Shown one piece after another: positions 1 to 11,409 of a stretch of 64,000 bases of DNA (positions are counted from its first letter, which is position 1; every line of letters starts with the position of its first letter). This DNA is from Octopus vulgaris (taxonomy: Eukaryota): assembly GCA_951406725.2 (NCBI GenBank), contig OX597820.1:106268001-106332000 (forward strand), given 5' to 3'. The notes under the pieces are model-generated. The model did not search any database. It saw only the letters and a program-made list of their open reading frames with translations, and had not been told where the DNA came from. The translations under genes were made by a program, and so were the position numbers.

Positions 1-85
1 CAAAACCATGCCCATATACCCAAGTGTGTGTGTGTGTATGTATGTATGTATGTATGTATGTATGTATGTATGTATGTATGTGTGT

Positions 86-147
<62 letters not shown>

Positions 148-148
148 A

Positions 149-370
149 TGAGGGGTGCTGAAAAGTTCCTGGCTTTAGATAAAAGAAAATACAGGAAGAT
201 TAGTTAATCATGTTTTTATTCAATATATTCTCTTTCCTTTTTCAGATTCACACACGTATTGCAGCAGTCCTTCAGTTTTTCTAAGCCCTGTAAAAGAACT
301 TGGAATTTTGGGTCTCCAAGCAGGCCTTTTGTGCTACCCTTAAAGCCAGGAAATTTTCAGTACCCCCTTG
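149..370. mobile_element. Tc1/mariner-type MITE (~220 bp)
   Basis: ~28-bp TIRs (tgaggggtgctgaaaagttcctggcttta ... taaagccaggaaattttcagtacccccttg) flanked by TA on both sides, inside a microsatellite; no coding capacity. Confidence 0.8.
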
Positions 371-452
371 TATATATACATATATATATATGTGTGTGTG
401 TGTATGTGTGTGTGCATGCGCACATGCATATATGTATGCATGTATGTATATA

Positions 453-488
<36 letters not shown>

Positions 489-1099
489 CATACACACAGA
501 AGTTTAGTAAGATAACAGGGTAATGCCATTAGTAGGATAGGTAGAGTGGAAGATTTGAGGAAATAAAATAAAATAAAATAGAATTAAGTAAAGCAGAATA
601 AGATACAATAAAGTGGGGAAATGCAAGAAAATAAAACTAAGTCAAACAATGTAAAATGCAACAAAAATAGTAGCGTATAAGGAGGTCTAGTTTAATTTTC
701 ATAATAGGTTGACGAATATAAATATTTTTGAAGTTCAAAAATGTATAAAAGGTTTGTGGATACAGAGGTAGATATAAAAGTAGATAGGAAGATAGATGGT
801 TAGACAGACAGATAAATAAATCAATAGCTAGATAGACATATCCATGAAACAAAACTCCCTTGTTGAAAACTTCGAGGTCCCCACCACCCCTCCCACCTTT
901 CTTTTCTAGGAAAAAGGGGCTGGTTTGGAGATCAGATACGTTGAATGCATCCAAAAAAAGAAACTGAAAGAAAGTTATTCCACACCGAGATACAAAATAT
1001 TTACCAAAACAAAAAAAAAATCTTGTGCCAATTATACCAGTATTTTAATTAATTCAAATTAATGTACCTTATCTTGAAAAGTGGCAAAACTCCCCCCTG

Positions 1100-1385
1100 C
1101 TCCCTTCCAAAAATTTTGCCCACAAATCTTTTTGTAATCATAATCTCCACCGTTTGAAAGGTATTTGTATAAAATTTCATTAAAAATTACCTATTTTCCA
1201 GAAAGTTATGAGGGGGAAAATGTCGGGTCCAGAGAATTTTCTGAAACTTCTCTTTCCACCCTTCAGAAAATTTTTATCAACAAATCTTTACATACACTCA
1301 ATCTTCAGTATATAAGTGATTATTTAGCGAAAGTTTCGTTAAAAATATCCATTTATCTGGAGGTTATGAGGCAACAAAGTCGATG
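1100..1385 (+). repeat. Unclassified interspersed repeat (second copy at ~57110-57390)
   Basis: Shares blocks such as tgtataaa(a/t)tttcattaaaa, gaaagttatgaggg, ctct(t/c)tccaccc and gaggcaacaaagtcg with 57170-57385. Confidence 0.6.
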
Positions 1386-1632
1386 TGGTATTAAACTGTA
1401 GCTATGCTTTTTTTCAATAAAATGTTAAGTTAAAGTTTTGGTTAATGACTAACGAAGTTAACTTTTCAATTAACAGTGCCCACTTCTGTGTATGTGTATA
1501 TATATACACACATATATATATATACCAAAACTGTCAGATGAACAGGAACGTGAAACTCTGATGTTTTTGTGATGTCTTTGCAGGTTTATTAGTAAAGTTT
1601 ATACATACATACATACATATATATATATACAC

Positions 1633-1719
<87 letters not shown>

Positions 1720-1725
<6 letters not shown>

Positions 1726-2597
1726 TATATTTTATTTATTTATTATATTTTTATTATATGACCGAACGCACGCGTCATTTCTCTTCTCCAAGTAAGTTTT
1801 TATTTGAATAATCATGATGCGCACTCTTACTCTTTACTTGACCTTTCCTCCCTGCCTGTCTGTCTTCCTCTCTACTTGTCTCTCTCCTTCTTATTTTTCA
1901 CCCTTTCTGGTTTCTTTTCCCCCTCTCTCTCTCTCTCCTCCTCCTCTCTCTGGCCGTTGACCAGAGCGCTACTAAAACTTTCTTTCAGCTCCGTGCTTTC
2001 AACAAGCATACATCGACTTCCCTGTCTTTCGCAAGCTGATTTTTCACATGCATTCTAACTAATTTTTCCACCATCTAGGCCTAAAAAAGCCCTTATTGTT
2101 GGTTCCCTGTCCTGTTATTCCTTATTTGTACTGTTTTTTTTACTGGTTTTTCTTTATTTGTATTGCTTTTACGTCCTGTTCTTGTCACTTGTTTTACCCC
2201 TCTGCAAAAGAATTTTATTTAATTCCTTTTGCAGGAAGGGCTGCTTCGGCCTGGCCGTGTTCTGCCCTTACCTTCGAAATACGCATTGAGTCGAACCAGG
2301 GGCAGCTGATGAAGGGGAATTTTCCTTGTATTGTTTGTCCTGTACTCTGTTTTTTCGTTGTTAAAAAAAGTTTGTTTCCTTGTTTGATTTTATGTTTTCA
2401 TTTCTCGTTGTGTTCTACGTTTATTTGTGGTGTCCTGTACTCATATATATATATATATATATATATGCTTTTATATATACATATAGATGTAAGTATGTAC
2501 ATATATGTATGTATATATGCATATATTTTATTTATTTATTATATTGTTATTATATGACCGAACACACGCGTCGTTTCTCTTCTCCAAGTAAGTTTAT
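1720..2597 (+). mobile_element. TA-embedded partial-tandem element (~796-bp unit), probable PLE pseudo-LTR derivative
   Basis: ~80-bp direct repeat at 1720-1799 and 2516-2595; flanked by (TA)n; tail (ctgatgaaggg ... gtcctgt..catata) resembles 43845-43985; degenerate HHR-like fragments at ~2240-2315. Confidence 0.5.
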
Positions 2598-2651
2598 ATA
2601 TATATATATATATTATAATGGAATAATTACTATGAGGCATTGTGCAGAAAA

Positions 2652-2941
2652 TATTGCATAAAGGATCATGGGTAAGGCCAGAATAATTTAAAGTAAATGC
2701 AAGGCAAATCGCAAGAAAACAAATATATGAATTAATGTAGACTTACTTGCACTCAATATTTCAGGGTTATGACCCCATTTTCAAGAAATTAATAAATGTT
2801 GCCTATGTGTGTGTGTGTGAGCGTGTGTGGAGTGGACATATTGAATGCAAGGTAAGTCTACATTAATTCATGTATTTGTTTCTTTATGATTTGCCTTGCA
2901 TTTACTTCGCATTGTTCTGGCCTTACCCACGATCCTTTATG

Positions 2942-2947
<6 letters not shown>
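2652..2947. mobile_element. Fold-back element (~110-bp inverted arms) ending at a (TA)n tract
   Basis: 2652-2760 is the imperfect reverse complement of 2838-2947; HHR-like motif at the inner end of the left arm. Confidence 0.75.
2752..2787 (-). ncRNA. Minimal hammerhead-like motif, U3-A8 core variant
   Basis: Minus strand: ttc-TTGAAAA-t-gggg tcataa ccct-GAA-atat-t-gag; palindromic stem III (ATAT); the other arm reads gaa at stem I', which pairs with ttc. Confidence 0.5.
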
Positions 2948-2984
<37 letters not shown>

Positions 2985-5019
2985 CCTATTTATATTCTGA
3001 TCCCCTGACATTTTGACACCATCTCTCTCTACTCTCTCTTGCACTCTTGCTATCTCCCCCTCTCTCTCTCTCTCTTACTCTTCCCTCTGGTTGGGTAACC
3101 AATGTATCTCCTCTACAAGCAGCACACCTGTTTCTGTCTCTCTTTCACTCTAAGTTTTCATTGTCTGGCACAAGATCACCTCCTCCAATGCTCCCTCCCC
3201 TCTTGAAGGATCTTTATCTTGCAAATTACTTGGTAACCCTGCCAGTGCTGTTGCTATGTATAAAGTACTCCGTCCATTGTGCAGGATAGTTGGTGTTAGG
3301 AAGGGCGTCCAGCTGTGAAAACCATGTTAAAACAGACACAGGATTCTGGTGCAGTCTTTTGCTTGGTCAGCTCCTGTCAAACTGTCCAACCCATGCCAGT
3401 ATGGAAAGTGAACACTAAACAATGACGATGACGATGTTGTCTCTAGAGTGTTGAATAAAATATCTGTGATATTTGTTCCACTTCTCTACTCTCTGACTTG
3501 AAATTCTTTGTTTACTCTGTGATGACTGTAGGTTTATTTAGTCAGAGCTAACTTTGGGTTGACCTTGGGCTAAACAATACTACTATTGTCTTTTTTACCT
3601 ACATCCATGAACACAACTTCTTTCTATGGAACATATTTAATCCTAAAGAATGTTCAAAAGATTTGGTTTCCTTTGTAGCACTATAAAAGACAAGACCAAG
3701 TTGTCAGGGGGTGAACTTGTGAAAACTTTTTCTCTGGGTGCTTGAAAGAATACATATACAACAAAAAGCAAATTTTGAATTTATTTTCTGGCGTAATATT
3801 AAAAACAGCATCTTTTTGTCAAACAGCATCTCAGCCTATTTCATCATTGGGAAGTGAGGAGCTCCAGTTTTACAGGATACAAGGCAACTTCAATAATATT
3901 GGAGCTGTGATAAAATACACCATATGAAGTGGTTGGTGAATGAGCAGAGACAACATAGGGTGAAGAGGACCCTAAGTCTTGTCAAATATATGATTGCAAT
4001 GATAAAATGCCCTTATGTATACTTTGTAGTATGGTTGGTAAATGGGAGGGCATGAAGTCATAGAAGCTGAGCCAAAAATGAAGCAGTCATGTTAAAAACT
4101 GACTTAGACTGTGAGAACCAGTTCAAGCCATACCAAGCAATGAAAGTTGTCATTAGGTTATTGTGATGACAATGCCAATGCCAATGCTAACAATGTCAAC
4201 AACAACAGTGGTGGTAATGGTGAACTTGTGATGGTAATGGTGATGATGATGATGACGATGACGATGATGATGATGATGGTGATAATTTATAATTTGGCAA
4301 GTGAACATTTTTCTGGTTGTAAAAATTAATGATAAAGAGACGAATGTTCAGTTTAGAACAGATGTTTAACAGTTCAACCATCATTTAGATATTTTAAAAA
4401 TCTAATCATGACACCAAAAACATTGAGATATAAGGTGCCTCTGTGTGCCACTTTATTTCATATGATAGCTGCTGTTGTTTTTGTTTAACTTTAGTCAGCT
4501 CTGATCAGGCAAACTTAATGTCAGTGGCTTTTCAGCTATTTCATCTCTCCATTTGTTTTTTAATAAATTAGTGTGTAATTCTAGAGAAATCTCACTGCTA
4601 TTTATAGCAAGTTGAGCGATTGCTTAGAAGCTCTCTCATAGGTGCGTCATATGATAAGAGTAAGGGCTTATGGCTTGAAATTCTCAATACACTTATTATT
4701 GTATTTTCAATATGTTAAACCATATATTGTTATCTAAGCTCTCTTGTCTTGACATTAGTGTAAAGGCTGGCTATTAGTATTACATCCTAAATTGAGTAGT
4801 GACATGTTTGCATGAGTGTAAGCACATAAGACATGTTTGTTAATGTTATTAATATTCAAATATATAAATAATAAGTAATCATCCTCATCTTCATCATATT
4901 CATTTACCACCCGCTTCACCATACTTACGTAGATTAGATGGAATTTGTTGAGACTGATTGTCTATAGCTAGCTGCCCTTCTTGTCTGCACCCTCATGTCT
5001 TTCTATGCAAGGAAATATT

Positions 5020-5416
5020 TTGTGTCTTTATGTTCTGAGTTCAAATGTTGCTGAGGTTGACTTTATCTTTCATCCTTTCAAGGGTCGATAAAATAAGAAC
5101 CAGTTGAGCACTGGAGTTGATATACCCCTTTCCCCTTACACCATTTCCTCCAAACTGCTGGCCTTGTGCCAATATTTGAAGCCAATATTTCCCCAAAACT
5201 ATGGCAACAAGCTGGTGGAATCATTAGCACACTGGAAAAAAGGCTTAGTGACATTTCATCCAACTTTACATTTTGAGTTCAAATTCTGTTAGGTCAACTT
5301 TGCCTTCCATCTTTTTGGAGGTCAATAAAATAAGTACCAGTTGAGCACTGGGGTTGATGTAATTGACTAGTACTCTCCTTGAAATTGCTGGCCTTGTGCC
5401 AAAATTTGAAACCAAT
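5020..5416 (+). mobile_element. Two tandem tRNA-derived SINEs (third copy at ~40800-41012)
   Basis: B-box-like gagttcaaat, shared core ggtc(g/a)ataaaataag(a/t)accagttgagcactgg, shared 3' gctggccttgtgcca. Confidence 0.75.
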
Positions 5417-5417
5417 A

Positions 5418-8400
5418 TTATGGTCCTTGCGCATTCCATACAGAGGCAGGATGTCATTGTTGGTGGCCTGGAAGTTATTGGCTGTGTGCTTCTTTGCCCC
5501 CAGGCTGTTTGACCACATCATCAAATAAGCATTGAGGATCTTCTCTGTATCCTAATACTCCAGTGTCGTTGTTTCCCTCATATTGGTAATGTGGGGTTGC
5601 ATCGCCTGGATGTAGTTCGGCAGGCTGCCTACCGACATTCTGCCAGACTTGTCCATGGGGGAGCACACAACTTTCCTATATCTTGTATGCTGTATGAACT
5701 TGTGCAGCCCACCTGCACACTTCTTGTCAACTTGCTGTGCCTCTCTACTTCTCTGTCTTCTAGTCTATTGTTCTAAAATCTATATAAGTTTAGTACTGGC
5801 TATTGTGAATCATGCTTCTGTTTCATCATTTGTCTGTTGAGGGATGAAAACTCTTTTGCTGAGGGTAGGTTTGTTGGATAAATATGGCTCATATCATATC
5901 ATTTATCTCATGGATTGAAGAATAGGGCATGGAAAGGGTTGATGGCATTTATACCCATTGTACTACTATCTATCATATCATTTCTCTGGTTACCATCACT
6001 TTGCTTGTGTCTATCGTTGTGGTTATTGGTGGTGGTGGTGGTGGTGGTGGTGGTGATGGTGGTGGTGGTAGTGTTTCTATGTATATTGTTGTTGTCAGTA
6101 ATGTTTGTATTGGTTTGCATGTTTACATAATTGTTTCCATTATTGTTGTTGTAGTTGTTCGCAGCCTCATAATTGCAGTTATTCTTATTGTTATAGTTGT
6201 TGTTATTACTGTTAATACCATCCCCATCATTAATCTTATGACTATTATCTCCCGTTCTACTGACCCTACGTTTGTCATCATTACCTTCACCGTAGGAACA
6301 GCGAAGATAATAATTACAATAAGAATAACTGCAATTATGAGGCTGCGAACAACTACAACAACAATAATGGAAACAATTGTGTAAACATGCAAACCAATAT
6401 AAACATTACTGACAACAACAATATACATAGAAACACTACCACCACCACCATCACCACTACCACCACCAATAACCACAACAATAGACACAAGCAAAGTGAT
6501 GGTAACCAGAGAAATGATATGATAGATAATAGTACAATGGGTATAAATGCTATCAACCCTTTCCATGCCCTATTCTTCAATCCATGGGATAAATGATATG
6601 ATATGAGCCATATTTATCCAACAAACCTACCCTCAGCAAAAGAGTTTTCATCCCTCAACAGACAAATGATGAAACAGAAGCATGATTCACAATAGCCAGT
6701 ACTAAACTTATATAGATTTTAGAACAATAGACTAGAAGACAGAGAAGTAGAGAGGCACAGCAAGTTGACAAGAAGTGTGCAGGTGGGCTGCACAAGTTCA
6801 TACAGCATACAAGATATAGGAAAGTTGTGTGCTCCCCCATGGACAAGTCTGGCAGAATGTCGGTAGGCAGCCTGCCGAACTACATCCAGGCGATGCAACC
6901 CCACATTACCAATATGAGGGAAACAACGACACTGGAGTATTAGGATACAGAGAAGATCCTCAATGCTTATTTGAGGATGTGGTCAAACAGCCTGGGGGCA
7001 AAAAAGCACACAGCCAATAACTTCCAGGCCACCAACAATGACATCCTGCCTCTGTAGGACTGCACAAGAACCATAAGATGACACTGACCCAGTGACAGGA
7101 CCACTGATGAGACTGGTCTGCAGAGCCAATGTTGCCCACAACTACCAGATTTTCTACTTCCTCTCAATGATTATATGCCCTCTAATAAAAATATCTCCAG
7201 GTCTGTGTGACAGCATGGAGGACCTCCTCAACAGAATCAATGAGTGCAACCATGCCTACAACCTGACGGAATGCATAATAGCCAGTATGGACATAGTGTC
7301 CCTATACCCATCCACTGATATTAATTTTGCTGAGGAGAATGGTTTGGTCCAGATCCTTCACACTCATTATGCCAAACCCATGGCCACTAAGTATCTTGTT
7401 TACTAGAATGCAGCGATTGCAGACAACATTCTTGTTGCTGACTTGGTGAGAGTGATGAGGAATGTGTCACACATGTGCAACCCTATGGAATTAGAAAGAC
7501 ACATTCATCACTTCATTCACTACATGTATTTCTCTGGTTACAACCAACAGGTTAAGATCAGAGTGTACAAAGGAGCCAGGAATAATTACAAAGCCATTGT
7601 AGAGAGTGTTGCTAAGGGGATCTGCCCGTTGTACAGGAGTAACTCTTGGAACAGCACAGAAAGGACCAGTAAGAAGATAAATAAGACCAACACTTGGTAT
7701 GACAACAAAGAATACCAGAGTGTCATGTTCGACAATGCTACCCCTGGTGGTGAACTAGCACACCTTTTTAGAAAAACATTAAGTAAGGCTAATCTATGAA
7801 TTAAACTAGCAGAGAGGCCTGGTGCCCCATTAAAATCTCTGATCTGTAATACTTATCCCTTTGATAAGAACCCCTGTACAGAGTACAATTGTGTTGTATG
7901 TAGGATGAACCCACAGGTTAACTGTAAGGGTAGGAATGTAGTGTATAGCTTACGATGTACTGATGGTGCAGGAACATGACAACTACCCATATTGGAGAGA
8001 CTGCATGCAGCATAGGTAAGCGTATAGGTGAACATTGGCGAGAGCTGAAAGAAGGGAAAAGCTCGTCAGTGCTCTACCAACATGCTCAAGCAGAACGTGG
8101 AGGCTCGATTAATAGCAGAGAGGTTAAAGTACTATCGACACATAGAACTGACATGACTCTTAGTCAGATCACAGAGGCTACACACATAGCACTAAACAGA
8201 CCAAGCCTCAATAGAAAACATGAATGGAACAGTAACACCCACCACCACACACACACACCACATGACTAAAGACAGAAGGGATGAGAAGAGAAAGGGAAAA
8301 AAAGAAAAAAAGATCATTAATAATACACAGAAACATACAGGGTAATACACACACAATAGACATATATGCACTTATCTGCGATACCTATGAGAAATAGAGT

Positions 8401-8867
8401 AAGATGTATAAGAAATAGATAATTGAATATATAAATAGATTAATAAATATATAAATATATTTGTCACATACCTGTGATAAATATAAGATATAGAGATAGA
8501 TAAATAAATTTATATAAAGGGTATGGAGACATACAACAAACGAAGTGAATCCATACACACACACACACACACACAAGAAAATTTAACGGATGACCACAAT
8601 AATGTCAACAATATGATTAACAACAGCAGCAGCAGTGACAGTGACAACGATGGCAATAACAACAACAACAACTACCACGATGGCAACACCATGGGTGAAC
8701 ACGCATACACAGAGGAATACAGGAACTCTACCATATTTTCAAGTCTTAGGACAGCAGCAGCACAATAGGATGAGAGGATGGAGCTGAGGGGAAGGCGACA
8801 CTGCTGTTAAAAACTATGACACACTCACAAGCATACACATGCACACATACACACACACACATGCATA

Positions 8868-8911
<44 letters not shown>

Positions 8912-9050
8912 CACACATAAGGATACACATCTTAGAAGAACAGAACAGAGTAAGTGAAGCAAGAACACACACAAAAATGAAAAGTGTCACTGAAGAGGTC
9001 ATAGATGTGTGATGAAGGATTTCTGAACAATAAACATGAATTAAAATAAT
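5418..9050 (+). mobile_element. Penelope-like retroelement relic (RT + C-terminal GIY-YIG) with ~770-bp inverted duplication at its 5' end
   Basis: Broken frames encode PLE RT pieces (PMDKSGRM, PLYGMRKDH, IASMDIVSLYPS, THYAKPMAT) and GIY-YIG (NCKGRNVVYSLRC..HIGETACSIGKRIGEH..LYQHA..EATHI..PSLNRKHEW). RT core motifs B/C are deleted. 5418-6191 is the reverse complement of 6316-7077. The 3' boundary is approximate. Confidence 0.85.
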
Positions 9051-9286
9051 AAAATAAGAAGTGTAATAAATGAGTGAAAATAAAAAATATATTTAATACA
9101 TGCATTTATCTGGCCAAAAAAAAATGACCATCCCAAAATACAACAATATATATATAGATATATTAGCATATATTATATATATATATATAGTAATAGTAAT
9201 GGTATGACAACAAAAGAATGAATGAGACCTCGATGTTATGTAAATAGAGGAATTTAACTATAATATAATATGTGACAATTATTCAG

Positions 9287-9361
9287 TTGCCATAACAAAA
9301 CTCTGAGTTTCGGATATCAGAGCAGAAATCTGTTCCAGCATCTCATCAGTTATCAAGGCAA
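9287..9361 (-). ncRNA. Type I hammerhead ribozyme motif
   Basis: ttgccttgataa-CTGATGA-stem II (gatgctgga...tctgatatc c)-GAA-actcagagt-t-ttgttatggcaa; 12-nt imperfect stem I, GUU triplet. Confidence 0.75.
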
Positions 9362-9859
9362 TCAAAAAATGTCCTTTTGCTTTCTTATTCCTAATTCCTT
9401 TAAACCAGTCAATGACTTCTATACTATTGGACCATTGTACTAACCTAGCAGCATTTCTGATTTCACACTGATTTTTCCTAAAATTTCTTTACTAATAATA
9501 CCAATTTCTGATTTAGCTGGGTTAATAAGCCTACATTTAGGATTAGATAGGAAGTTCTTTTTATGGTCCTTAATAGTTATAAAGGCCTCTTTTTGGGGGA
9601 AGGATCTCTATTTTTTTATCTAATTTAAGTCTGGTGGCGATAATGCTAGCTTCTTTATTAATTCCGTTATAAATTTGTGTCCTAGCTTTAGTGTAATTAT
9701 TAAGGATGCTGTTGCGTAAGAGTTGTGAATACATGCTGTTTCCTACAAGGGATAAATTCTTGGTTTTATCAGAAAAAAGTGCCGTTTTTTTGGAACTCTT
9801 AATGTATTTGATAGCTTTTTTCAGTTTCTGTTGGAAAGTGTTATCAAGGCATTTTTCGA

Positions 9860-9934
9860 TTGCCTTGATAATTGATGAGATGCCGGAGCAGATTTCTGAC
9901 CCAACATCCGAAACTCAGAGTTTTATTATGGCAA
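9860..9934 (+). ncRNA. Type I hammerhead motif (inverted copy, core TTGATGA)
   Basis: ttgccttgataa-TTGATGA-...-cGAA-actcagagt-t-ttattatggcaa; 11 of 12 stem I pairs. Confidence 0.65.
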
Positions 9935-9993
9935 CTGAATAATTGTCACGTATCATATTACAGATATAAATATAGATAGATAGATAGATAGAT

Positions 9994-10110
<117 letters not shown>

Positions 10111-10141
10111 CATATTTATATATATATATACATATATATAT

Positions 10142-10192
<51 letters not shown>

Positions 10193-10232
10193 CATATATA
10201 TATATATATGCATATATATACATATATATATA

Positions 10233-10276
<44 letters not shown>

Positions 10277-10749
10277 CATTTATGCAAGCTGTCTCTATAA
10301 GTCATGTGTAAACATGTGCAGCTATTTGTAGGTATGTCTAAGTTTAGTTGGACAGGTATGCAGACTGCATGTGTAGACAAGTCAATATATAGACATACAT
10401 ATTTTAAGTGGATATGCATAAATAATGGCAAAATTTTAAGGAACGCAATGAGCTTTGGACTAATCAAATCTGCAATGCAATTTCAATGAATAGAAAAACA
10501 ATTTTCCATTTCTTATATCCTCATGGATTTAATCATTCAAGTTTCTGTTGAAGTCAAGGTGAGAAACTCCCTCATTAATGGAAATTTTAATAAAACATCA
10601 AGCACTTAAATTAATTTATATTATTCATCTTTAACATAATAAGTAAAATATTGATTTATTAACTGATTGAAAATATTTAGTATTGATCCAACTGATTATG
10701 TCTCTTCTACTCACTAAAATTGGGTTTGTTTCTTACAAAGATAAATTTT

Positions 10750-11040
10750 GTTATTTAGAGCATTGGGCTTACAATCTTGAGTTTGGGAGTTTAATTCCTG
10801 GACCAGGCTGTGTGTTGTGTTCTTGAGCAAGAAAGACACTTTTATTTCACATTGCTCCAGTTCACTCAGTTGTAGAAATGAGTTGCGATGTCACTGGTGC
10901 CAAGCTGTCTCAGCCTTTGTCTTTTCCTTGGACAACATCAGTGAAGGGAGACTTGTATGCATTGGTCACTGCTGGTCTTCCACAAACAACCTTGCCTCAG
11001 AGGGATGCTTGTACCTCAAAGGGATAATTTCAGATCCCAA
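10750..11040 (+). mobile_element. tRNA-derived SINE (family of 45325-45622)
   Basis: Shares tgttgtgttcttgagcaag, acacttt(t)atttca, gtagaaatg and ggtgccaagctg with the 45.3-45.6 kb copy. Confidence 0.7.
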
Positions 11041-11149
11041 AATTGAATCATCATCAATCAATCAACATTGGCAGTGACATAGGTGTCAGTGTCAGCATAG
11101 ATGTTAGCAAAGGTAATATGATTTATTAACAGATTTATTATATGATGCC

Positions 11150-11223
<74 letters not shown>

Positions 11224-11409
11224 CATCAGCAACAGTACGACTATGACATCATTGTCATAGTTATCATCATCAAATGAGGGAGTAAATTAGCAGAGTCGTC
11301 AGAGTATTGGTCAGAATGTATCACACTATTTATTCTGATTCTCTTGACTCTGTGTTCAAAACTCACCCAGATTAAGTTTGCCTTTTATCTTCATGGGATT
11401 TATAGTAGA

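Larger units (their letters stand above)
9190..9965 (-). mobile_element. Internally deleted Penelope-like element with inverted HHR-bearing terminal repeats, inserted in (TA)n
   Basis: Minus strand ~9845-9380 translates (with frameshifts) to FSDKTKNL...[19 protein letters not shown]...[30 protein letters not shown]...QWSNSIEVIDWF, a PLE RT N-terminal signature; arms 9262-9372 and 9849-9960 are inverted. Confidence 0.8.

Noticed and set aside
3598-3760. Possible minus-strand host exon (AG/GT-like boundaries)
   Set aside because: The frames I checked hit stops or gave no recognisable peptide
8985-9030. CTGAAGA near the 3' end of the Penelope relic
   Set aside because: Plausible position for an HHR, but GAAA and stem III are absent; cannot be called
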